A stretch of DNA of 64,000 nt from the NCBI GenBank assembly GCA_951406725.2, contig OX597817.1, positions 1-64,000 of the forward strand. The letters run 5' to 3'. Below are positions 53,824-64,000 of the stretch, in pieces; position 1 is the first letter of the stretch; every line of letters starts with the position of its first letter. This DNA comes from Octopus vulgaris (taxonomy: Eukaryota). The position numbers and the translations under genes are program-made. The notes under the pieces are model-generated. The model worked only from the letters and a program-made list of their open reading frames with translations, searched no databases and had not been told where the DNA came from.

Positions 53824-53865
<42 letters not shown>

Positions 53866-54092
53866 TGTATTTGTGTATATGTTTGTGTTTCTGTATTTGT
53901 CCCCCTAACATCAATTGACAACCGATGCTGGTGTGTTTACGTCCCCGTAACTTAGCGGTTCGGCAGAAGAAACCAATATAATAAATACTAGGCTTACAAA
54001 GAATAAGTCCTGGGGTTGAGTTGCTCGACTAAAGGCGGTGCTCCAGCATGGCCACAGTCAAATGACTGAAACAAGTAAATGAGTAAAAGAGT
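53650..54092 (+). mobile_element. Family-1 SINE
   Basis: Similarity to 38632-39040. Confidence 0.85.
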
Positions 54093-54420
54093 ATATATAT
54101 GGATGGGTGGATGGATGGAGGGATGGGTGGGTGGGTGGATGGATGGATGGATGTGTGGGTGGGTGGATGGATGGAAGATGGAACTTGATTTGTCCTTTGT
54201 TTTTATAGAACTAATAAAACTGGATTGAATTGATCCCTTTATTGATTTAATTATTCAATTTAATATTTTGTTTCCATTTATAGTTTATAATTTATATATA
54301 TATATATACATATATATATAAAGTTAATCCAAACAAGAAAGCACAAAAAAACACAACAACGCGAGGACGTGGAACAAATATAGTATTATTGGACGCTCAG
54401 GAAAGAAGGAAAGAAGAAGG

Positions 54421-54455
54421 GTTTAACGTTTCGAGCGGAGCTCTTCGTCGGAAAC
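54421..54455 (-). ncRNA. Ultra-minimal hammerhead variant (no stem III loop) in a ~205-bp cassette (54321-54528) in (TA)n
   Basis: gttt-CCGACGA-a-gagc tcc gctc-GAAAC-GTT-aaac; decayed sister copy at 61051-61087 (+). Confidence 0.65.
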
Positions 54456-54609
54456 ATAGGAGAAGGAAAGATCCAGAGAAGAGAAGACAGAGGGAAAAAA
54501 ATCGCCAATGGTACACACGAGGTCACTTTATATATATATATATATATATACATACATACATATACATATATATATACACATACACACACACACACGTATG
54601 TACATATAT

Positions 54610-55020
54610 ATTAGTTAGTTAGTTAGTTAATTTGGCTCAAAAGCAAATAGCAAGGCCATGTAGGGGGACATGGAGTTAAGTACAGGGTGGTGTTCATGTA
54701 AAGAGTTCAGGCCACTTGAGGTCCAGGGAGGCTTTGAACAAAGCGGTCGTCGGCATCTTCACCATCTCGTCTGGCAGCTTGTTCCACGGATCCGCAACCC
54801 GGACGGAGAAAGCTCCTCTCCTTCGATTGAGATGAAATCGTCGCAGGTAGAGCTTTTCGGAATGACTCCGCAGCCGACGCTCTTTAGCAGGAGTGAAGAA
54901 CAGCTCTTTCGAGAGGTTACACTTTCCGCTTATGATGTTGTGGGCAAGAATGAGATCACCACGGCGGCGGCGTTTTTCTAGAGAATAAAGGTCGAGCGTC
55001 CTCAGCCTTTCTTCGTAGGA
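54610..55020 (-). mobile_element. CR1-group LINE 3' fragment (copy D)
   Basis: SYEERLRTLDLYSLEKRRRRGDLI...FSVRVADPWNKLP; (TAAC)n tail. Confidence 0.9.
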
Positions 55021-55282
55021 CATATATGCATGTGTATGTTTCATCATCATCATCATCAATTTTATGTTCATTTTCTCTTGCTCATATGGGTTGGATGGAC
55101 TGTGTTGAAGTAGATTTTCTATGGCCCAATGCCCTCCTTGGTGCTGACCTTCATCTGGTTTTTAGCTAGGTAATATTTAGCCATGAATAGAAATGGACAC
55201 CACTTGCATGATGGTGCTACAGACGACTAGCACATGGGATCAAAACAAGGAGACAATATCCACTCATCCGCATACATGTATA

Positions 55283-56040
55283 TTCAGTTTATTTCAAGAT
55301 TTCTTGCCAATAGAGAAAAATCGGTTTCTCACCTAGATCCAAAGCTCCTTCATTGGAATTTCATTATTAACAACAGGGTATTTTTGTATGTATATATGTA
55401 TGTATGTATTACATGCATTACTTATAATGTAATACATGTCCTTGAAGTAGTAATTGTACGCAGCTGAAGAAGGCTATAGACACACATTTACATCAATTAT
55501 GCATTGTTATAAACTGTCTAATAAAGGCCTGAAACATATGTACTGCTAAATCCTTTGCATCATGTTTTTATTTTGATAAATATACTCTATCACCTACACC
55601 ACTAAATGGTATATACAGGTGCTTACAATTATCAAGTATTTACCCTGAATTTTTTGTATGTATGTATGTGCAAATTTGTATGTTTTTATGTATGTATTCT
55701 CATGCATATAGTTGCATATCCAAACATGCACATATATATTTAAATGATAAGCTTCTGGAAAGTTTTACAAATTTTTACAATTCCAATGATGGATTGGATC
55801 TGTAGTCTTCAAATTAGCTTTCTCCTTTCTGGTTTTGAGAAGCCTAATTACTGAAGATTGATATTTAGGCAGTGTGTTACATATCCCAGGGCCCCAATAA
55901 TTACCGGTATAAATCTGAACTTGTAATCTTGATAGAATAACTGCTGATTTCTCAATAGTTCAGCATAGGTGTTCTCTTTTTCACTGATCTTCAGCGTTAT
56001 GTTAACATCCTCTGGGCAGCTAATTTCTACAACTGTGCTA
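55283..56040 (-). mobile_element. R4/Dong-like restriction-like-endonuclease fragment with stops, hosting a nested hammerhead cassette
   Basis: Manual minus-strand translation from 56037: TVVEISCPEDVNITLKISEKENTYAELLRN...FRFIPVIIGALGYV (not in the ORF track). Confidence 0.75.
55460..55546 (+). ncRNA. Type I hammerhead ribozyme, intact core
   Basis: gcag-CTGAAGA-aggc..tagaca...tgtcta..gcct-GAAAC-atat-GTA-ctgc; palindromic stem III ACATATGT. Confidence 0.85.
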
Positions 56041-56110
56041 ATTTCTATCCGAAATCCTTATATATGTATGTATGTATGTATGTATATATATATGTATGTA
56101 TGTATGTATG

Positions 56111-56150
<40 letters not shown>

Positions 56151-57290
56151 AATCTATATGTGTGTATATATATATATATATGAAGGTGCATGGCTCTGTG
56201 GTCAGAGCGATGGGCTCACAATCATAAGGTAGTGAGTTCAATTCTTGGACTGGGTTGTATGCTGTGTTCTTGAGCAAGACACTTTATTTCACATTGCTAG
56301 AGTTCACTCAGTTGTAGAAACGAGTTGTCACATCACTGGCACCAAGCTGTATCGGCCCCTTTGCATTTCCCTTGGATAACATCGGTGGTGGGGAGAGGGG
56401 AGGCTGGTATGCATGGGTGACTGCTGGTCTTCCATAAAGAACAACTTTGCCTGGATTTGTGCCTCAGAGGGTAACTTTCTAGGTGCAAACCCATGGTCAT
56501 TCATGACTGAAGTGAGGTCCTAAATGTGTGTGTGTATATGTATGTATATATTCATAAACATTGGGCTTCTTTTGGTTTCTGTTTACCAGCTCCACTCCTA
56601 AGACTTTGGTTGACCTGGGCTTGTAGTATAAAACATGTGTCCAAGGAGTCACGCAGTGGGACTGAACCCGAAACTATATTTATGCCATATTTATGCATGC
56701 CTGTGTATGTGCATAAATTCATCAACAGACCAACACAGGAAATATTTTCATAATTGTTTGTATTTTGATTAATTCAGGTACATATATATATATTTCTGTA
56801 CATATTTACTAATTTACAGCCATACAACTACACATGCACACAAGTACATAGACACATACATACGCATCCACATATAACTATAAACACCTCAATATGATAC
56901 ATACATCAATATACCATAAAAATCCTGACTGCAGCTTGCACCTTAACGCTCCATGTATTTTCCATATGTTCTGCATGACTGCATATGTCTGTGTAAATGA
57001 ATATCAAGAATGAAGTCAATTTCTCAAGGAAATTGCCAATAAAGATAACTTAGCTATAGAGCCAAGACTAAAGTAAAACAGGAGAGGTTGGGTGATATAT
57101 TATTAGTGACAAATAGTTTACTTAGTATTGTATGCAATATCGACATTCTATAGATTAATGTCTCTCTATGTAAGCTTATGTCTTCATACAATTAATGTGT
57201 ATGTGTACGTTTCTGTTTATATATTTTTATGTTTTGGTCTATAAATATATGTGCATATATATTCATATATTGATATTTATAACATTACAT

Positions 57291-57960
57291 GGCAGCGAGC
57301 TGGCAGAAACGTTAGCATACCGGGCAAAATTTTTAGCAGTATTTTGTCTGCCGTTACGTTCTGAATTCAAATTCCGCTGAGGTCGACTTTGCTTTCATCC
57401 TTTCGGGGTCGATAAATTAAGTACCAGTTATGCACTGGGGTCGATGTAATCCTTTTTTCTGTCCTTGTTTGTCCCCTCTGTGTGTAGCCCCTTGTGGGCA
57501 GTAAAGAAATAAGAAACATTAGCATGCCATGCAAAATTATTTGCAGTATTTCTGTCTTTATGTTCTGGGTTCAAATTCCTCCGAGATCGACTTTGCCTTT
57601 CATCCTTTTGGGGTTGATAAATTAAGTATCAGTTGTGTACTGGGGTCGATCTAATCGACTACCCCCCCACACACACACACGCCCAAAATTTCAGATCTTG
57701 TGCCTAGAGTGGAAAAGAATATTTATACATTGCAAGGCAGTGTGCTGGTAGGATCATTACTGCACTAAAGAAAAAAAGAAATGTTTAGCAGCATTCCTTC
57801 TGACTTTACATTTTGAGTTCAAATACCACCGAGGTTGACTTTGCCACTCATCATTTGGGGATCGATAAAATAAGTATAATACCAGTTGAACACTGAAGTT
57901 GATGTAATCAGCTTGCATCCCTACCAAATTGTTGTCCTTAGGCCAAATTTTGAAATCTAT
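57291..57960 (+). mobile_element. Three tandem family-2 SINE units
   Basis: Repeated ...gagttcaaattcc.ccgaggtcgactttgcctttcatcc... near 57360, 57565 and 57815. Confidence 0.75.
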
Positions 57961-58015
57961 ATTTATACAAAGAAGGGATGATTTTGTAAATGGTGCTGAG
58001 TTTTACAATTCTGTG

Positions 58016-60255
58016 AATAATAATAATAATAATAATAATAATGAAATTATTGTATACAGTGCTCAGGTGCACCACAACTTGTCAGAAAGTGCGTATAAAG
58101 TACATGCAGTAATGTACAAATGTCTGGAAAGCGAACAATGTATGAGTCAGATACATGCTTGTGTGTGTATGGAGGGAGAAAATCAGGTGTAGTGTTGGCG
58201 AATCTCAGAAAGCATGGAAGTTTTGAAGGATGCAATGCTATGACAACTAACAACTGATGCCGGCAGTTTGTTCCATGCTTGCGTGTGTATGGAGGGGAGA
58301 AAATCAGGTGTGGTGTTGGCGAATCTCAGGAAGCATGGAAGTTTTGAAGGGTGCAGTGCTCCGACAACTAACAACTGATGCCAGCAGTTTGTTCCATGCT
58401 TCATCAACTCTTAGTGTGAAAAAATGTTTCCTAAAGTCATGGGAGCTGTGCTGTTTTCTGACTTTGTAAATATGACCACGAGTGTTAGATGGGTGGAGTT
58501 TGAAAAGGTGCTCAGAGTTATTGTTTGTAAGATGGTTGATAATTTTATGGGTGTCTGCCAAGTCAGCTGCCAGACGTCGGAGTTTCAATGTGTCCATACC
58601 CAGGGAAGTAAGGCATTCAGAATATGGCAAATGCCTGATGGAGGGTATTCTTTTGGTTGCACGTTGCTGAACGGCTTCCAGACGATTGATATCCTGGGCA
58701 TGATAGGGGTTACAGACCGGTGATGCAAATTCCAGGTGAGGTCTTACCATAGCTATATAAAGCCGCAGATAGATAGTCGGAGAGCGGCTCACAAAGGGTT
58801 TGGTGAGTGATGCCAAGACGCCCTCAGCCTTCTTGACAATTTTAGTGATGTGTTTTGTCCAATGCAAATTACTGTTGACAATAACACTGAGGTCACGTTC
58901 ACACGAAGACGTTTTGAGATTAGTGTTGTGGAGGGAATAGGTGGACGCTGGGTTTCTCCTCCCAAAATGCATGGTGATACATTTGTCCACAGTCAGCTTG
59001 AGTTGCCAGTCCATGATCCACTGCTGCATTGTGTCCAGGTCTGCTTGCAGTAGAGATCTATAGTGTACAGAATCTGACCTCTTTATTTCGAGGTACAGTT
59101 TGATGTCATCTGCATATTTCAGCACTGTGGCATTCTTTAAGTTGGCGTCTATGTCATTAACATATGCAACAAATAAAAAGGGGCCAAGAACAGATCCCTG
59201 TGGTACACCAGATGTTATCTCATAGGGTGAAGAGTGCTGTCCTAGAACTGTGACAACTTCTTTTCGGCCGAAAATAAAGGACTTCAACCAGTTATAGAGT
59301 TCGTCTCTTATGCCCAACGCAGAGAGCTTTACCATAAGTCTTTTGTGTGGCATAGAGTTAAAAGCCTTAGCAAAGTCCAGGTAAACAACATCCACCCAGG
59401 ATCCGCGATCAGTGATTTGGGTAACGTCCTCAAGAAACTCGATGAGTTGATTACAGCAGCTGGAGTTAGGAATAAATCCAAATTGTGACGGCTGGATGAG
59501 GCTGTGAGACTTCCAGAAGTTCCAGAGGGTTTCCCTGATACAGGATTCCATCAGTTTGGCGATGCAGCTAGTAAGACTAATGGATAGTTGACAGGCGATG
59601 TGCAGTCACCTTTTTTGAACAGAGGGATAACACTGGCAGTTTTCTACTGCTCTGTAGTAACACCATTGTCAAGACAGAATTGGAAGAATAGAGAAAGCTG
59701 GCTTCGAAGAAAGTACCCACCGCATTCGAGAAGTAGGTATGTAACACCATCGAGACCAGGAGAGGCATAGTTGCGTTTATTCTTAAGGTGGTGTTGTAGC
59801 ATTGCTGGTGTAAATTGCATAGTAGATATAGAGTCCGATGTCAGTGGTGATGATGATGGAACATTTTGGTCTTCGACAGTAAAGATGCCGGCATAGCATC
59901 CAGCAATGATTTCTGCACATTCTTTGGGATTGCCAGTAATCTGTCCTGTGTGGGAATTGCGAAGGGGACCAACTGGAGAGTGAGGTCTCTGCTTTGAGTG
60001 CACATACTTTCAGAACACTTTGCTGTTAGGGCTGGTTGCAATGCATTGTTCAAATTCAAGCACTGCCTTTTTTGTCACCTGCTTGAGGTGGTTGGCTGAC
60101 CTATTGCGCTTTTTCCTGTTGATCTCTGATTTGTGCAATTTGTAATCCTGTTCAGCCTTACGGCGTTCTTTCCTGGCAAGTCGGACTGCTGCAGTCTCCC
60201 AAATTGCACTATTGGGTCGTTTTTTAGAAGCTGAACGTTTATTAGCACTCACTGT
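58016..60255 (-). mobile_element. CR1-group LINE (copy E), 5'-truncated and frameshifted
   Basis: ORF 58304-59551: [35 protein letters not shown]; upstream pieces 59644-60252; (ATT)n tail; same 3' end seen at about 49700-49770. Confidence 0.92.
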
Positions 60256-60949
60256 GTATTGACTAAAGAAAATTGTCTAATATTAGGGCTTATAAGCACT
60301 CAGCAGAAAAAAGTAGGGTTTTCTGTGCATGTGGGACTTGAACCCACACCTCTATGTTACTCATATAGAATTGTGGGTTTATGCTCATAAAAAAAATACA
60401 ATACTTATAAGGTGGCAAGCTGGCAGAATGTTTAGTGGCATTTCATTCATATTTATGTTTTGAGTTCAAATTCTGCTGAGGTTGGCTTTGTTTTTTATCC
60501 TTTTGGGATCAACGAAATGAGTACCAGTCAAGCTCTGGTGTTAATGTACTTGACTTACACCCTACCAAAAATTGCTGACCTTGTGCCAAAATTTCAAACC
60601 AATATTTATACATTGCAATATAATAGATCTATATCATTTGATTTTATCCATTGGTTTCACAAACAAGGGTTAGAAGTAAACCTTAAAAATGTCAGCCTTT
60701 GTTTCAAGGGCTGACATGGTTCTATAGTATCAGCTCAAATGAGTTTATAATACTATACTTTACAGTGTGACCATAGAGTTTTGATATTTAGGAAACGTCA
60801 CTAATATTCTTGCTTTTTACATCTCCAGATTGAGTATAAGTTTGTCATTTTCATCTCTGCATCCAGACTTTATGGTCAAAACCTCTACACATTTTAATAC
60901 ACCCACTCTATTGACAATACATGTGCCTCTCCTTCTTGTTTAATGGATT

Positions 60950-60995
<46 letters not shown>

Positions 60996-61535
60996 GACTG
61001 TTGGCGACTTTTTTCCACCTTCCTTTTCTTATGGATTTTCTTATGTCTCGTGTTTCAGGAGAAGAGCTTTACTCGAAAAGTAAAACAACCACTCTTTCCT
61101 TCTCTGAGTGTCGTATTAACACTTTACATGTACAACATCCCCACATTGTTGTTTTTTTCTTGTTGTCTTTCTTTCTCCGTTTTTTTTATGATTATATACG
61201 CAAGCACACACACACACACACATATATATATAAAATAGTAAACATGAAGGACATTTAAAATTTCGTTTTGGTAGACTTTTATTAAATGTAGTCAAAAAGA
61301 TTACATCATAATATACAATCCACCATCATTGGGTAAAATTTTAAACAGTTGACCTGGACATAGCCAACACACACACACACACACACAGAGTCATCTAAGA
61401 ATCCATTAGTCAGGAAAGACAGGCAATTGAGTGTGTATATTAATATTTATACATATATATGTGTGTGTAAATATATATATATACATATATATATAAATAC
61501 ATATAAATACATATATATGTATATAACTATATATT

Positions 61536-61583
<48 letters not shown>

Positions 61584-61594
61584 TACATACATAT

Positions 61595-61681
<87 letters not shown>

Positions 61682-62088
61682 ATATGTATACATACATAAG
61701 AAGGTACTCAGTATGTTAGAGAAGCAGAGTTGGTATTTCTTTTAACTAAGTGGTGCCTTACAACTGTTCAATTGATATAATAGATTATTACATTTCTTCA
61801 AATACTAGACTGAATATATGATGATAGATCCAAATATATTTTCAGGTCAACTTTTGAAGAAGTACAGAAAAGTTTTGAGAAAATTGTACAGTTGCAAAGC
61901 ATCACTTAGTTAATAAAGGATACACTCACACACACATACATACACACACACACAGCCACATGCACACACATGCAGACATACACAAATATATTATATATAA
62001 ATGTCTCTCCATCTGTCTGTCTGTCTCTCTTTCTCACTCTTTCTTCATCCTCCCTCCCTCTCTCTGTGTCTCTCTCTCCTGCTCCATC

Positions 62089-62149
<61 letters not shown>

Positions 62150-62449
62150 AGTGAATGGAATAAATGGAGTTGAACGAAGATTGTACAGAATACCTTTTAT
62201 TACATTCTACACATGTTTTGAAGGCCACAAATTTCCAAATTCTGTTTAAATAAGGGTACCATATTGCGGCTTTCTCTTCAGGAAAAAACAGGAATTCCGT
62301 TGACAGGACAAATCAAAACAGATGCACAGCAATTCGAACGAAGATGCTCCTTAGGAGCCCATGGCTGAACTGTTTATCAATGTACGTTGAAATCGGGGAT
62401 TTGGTGCGTTGAAGATATCTACAGGTCAGGCGGCGGTCAGATCTAGTCG

Positions 62450-63073
62450 GTGGAAGCAAGGGGTGTGGGGATGCTCTGTGTGACCAACACTAATGTTTCC
62501 GGGAATAGCAGGTCTACGGATACTAGCAATTACAGCGCTCTCAGTGATAGGGAAGACACAGGGGTTGGTCCGTTAATTAATAATGAGGAATATAAAGTAG
62601 TTAGCGGCCGCAGTTCTCACAATCAATATAGTAACAGTAACGCAGTTTTAATATCAGAAGCTAATCCCAATAGGATAAGGTTCTTGTCGAGTAACTCCAA
62701 GATCAGAAATGCCATTTACCAATGCAAGATTTACACGGATTCAGATGTCTACTCGTATGTCGGGGCCTCAACGTCAAAATTGGCCTTGAGAATTTCGAAC
62801 CATTTCGCAACTTTTCGCGACGTGAATAAATACCATGCTACGGGACTTAGCAAGCTTATATGGCGTTTGAAGAACGCGAATTCAGCTTTTAGGCTGGAAT
62901 GGTCGATTTTGTCGGTGGCCCTCCCATTTGATAGGGGCAGAAGGCGATGCAATCTTTGTATCTCTGAGCTTTTCCACATATTGTTCGCCAGAGACCGGTT
63001 GGTGAATGGTCTTTTACAGTCGGCTTTTCGATGTCCCCATTGGAGGCGTCATACATATCTTACATATAAATGA
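62450..63073 (+). pseudogene. GIY-YIG endonuclease domain of a Penelope-like element (reverse transcriptase missing)
   Basis: NAIYQCKIY...YSYVGAST..LALRISNH...TGLSKLIWRLK...WSIL...CNLCISE...FRCPH. Confidence 0.85.
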
Positions 63074-63652
63074 TACCTAAGACAATTAACACCTAGTTTC
63101 CCTACTAAAATGAAAATAATCTTTGGAAATAATTTTTGAAAAAGCTTTTTAAGAAATCTATGAATAACCCTTGCAAGGGGAAATTACTCCCATTAGGCGT
63201 GGAACTATATATGCCATTAGGATTCTTTGACGATGTTAAATTTTGACAAGCAGGCCGAGTCGAACACACGAACACAAAAAATTCTTTCAGCCGCTTGACT
63301 GGTTTTTTCAGCAGTGGTCATTTTGTAGCCCCCCTCGCCAGCACACGACCACGCACACATAGGCCATCACACACATACATGCTTATAGGAGGCTTTTGAC
63401 TCGCCCCCCAAAATACACCCAGTATTCTTAAATTTTTCAGAACATTAGTGTTGGTCACACAGAGCATCCCCACACCCCTTGCTTCCACCAACTAGATCTG
63501 ACCGCCGCCTGACCTGTAGATATCTTCAACGCACCAAATCCCCGATTTCAACGTACATTGATAAACAGTTCAGCCATGGGCTCCTAAGGAGCATCTTCGT
63601 TCGAATTGCTGTGCCTCTGTTTTGATTTGTCCTGTCAACGGAATTCCTGTTT

Positions 63653-63736
63653 TTTTCCTGAAGAGAAAGCCGCAATATGGTACCCTTATTTAAACAGAAT
63701 TTGGAAATTTGTGGCCTTCGAAACATGTGTAGAATG
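63653..63736 (+). ncRNA. Type I hammerhead ribozyme, intact core
   Basis: ttc-CTGAAGA-gaaagccgcaa...ttgtggccttc-GAAAC-atgt-GTA-gaa; the inverted copy at 62205-62284 carries GAAAC>AAAAC. Confidence 0.82.
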
Positions 63737-63937
63737 TAATAAAAGGTATTCTGTACAATCTTCGTTCAACTCCATTTATTCCATTCACTAATAATATTAA
63801 ACTTCAATTATCCGCCCCAACGCACGGTTGCAACACCAAATGGTCTTATCTCCAACCGTGCTGTTTTCCGCTGTGATTTTTGCTACCCAGGTTAAACCTT
63901 TGAATAATCTGTTACAAGAAAATTCATCTTTCTATTT

Positions 63938-64000
<63 letters not shown>

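Larger units (their letters stand above)
62143..63943 (+). mobile_element. 5'-truncated Penelope-like element with inverted pseudo-LTR
   Basis: ~355-bp inverted arms 62143-62497 and 63441-63796 enclosing a GIY-YIG ORF; (TA)n on both sides. Confidence 0.92.

Noticed and set aside
60763-60803. agt-GTGACCA-...-GAAACGTC-act hammerhead-like string (similar weak cases near 38550-38605 and 61755-61805)
   Set aside because: Two or more core mismatches and weak stems; cannot be distinguished from chance by eye.
418-62249. Numerous 60-190 aa ORFs rich in YI, CV, HT, poly-H/D/S/I/G
   Set aside because: They are translations of microsatellites and SINEs with no domain signal.

Overview
AT-rich eukaryotic DNA made almost entirely of repeats, most likely from a cephalopod such as Octopus (inferred from the tRNA-derived SINE types and very dense (TA)n/(CA)n/(CAT)n/(AAT)n microsatellites). 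I can support no host protein-coding exon, and most listed ORFs are microsatellite translations. Real coding capacity is retroelement-derived. There are five CR1/L2-group LINE copies, all on the minus strand; one is near full length and one keeps a 915-aa open frame. There is also an RTE-clade LINE joined 5'-to-5' to a tandemly amplified inverted copy of its own 3' end, two restriction-like-endonuclease (R4/Dong-like) fragments, three Penelope-like GIY-YIG fragments, several SINE families and hAT-type remnants. The main hidden signal is a dispersed population of type I hammerhead ribozyme motifs read directly from the sequence (stem I - CTGANGA - stem II - GAAA - short, mostly palindromic stem III - NTH - stem I). 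Seven loci have an intact core, and about eight more motifs are variant or decayed. They come from largely unrelated sequence families, and many sit in tail-out inverted-repeat cassettes inserted in (TA)n, consistent with Penelope-like pseudo-LTRs or non-autonomous ribozyme-bearing retroelements. Other notable items are a 5x CRE/CCAAT array with invariant spacing inside one cassette, and a covarying 3' stem-loop shared by three LINE families and the dominant SINE. Coordinates were counted by eye and may be off by a few bases.
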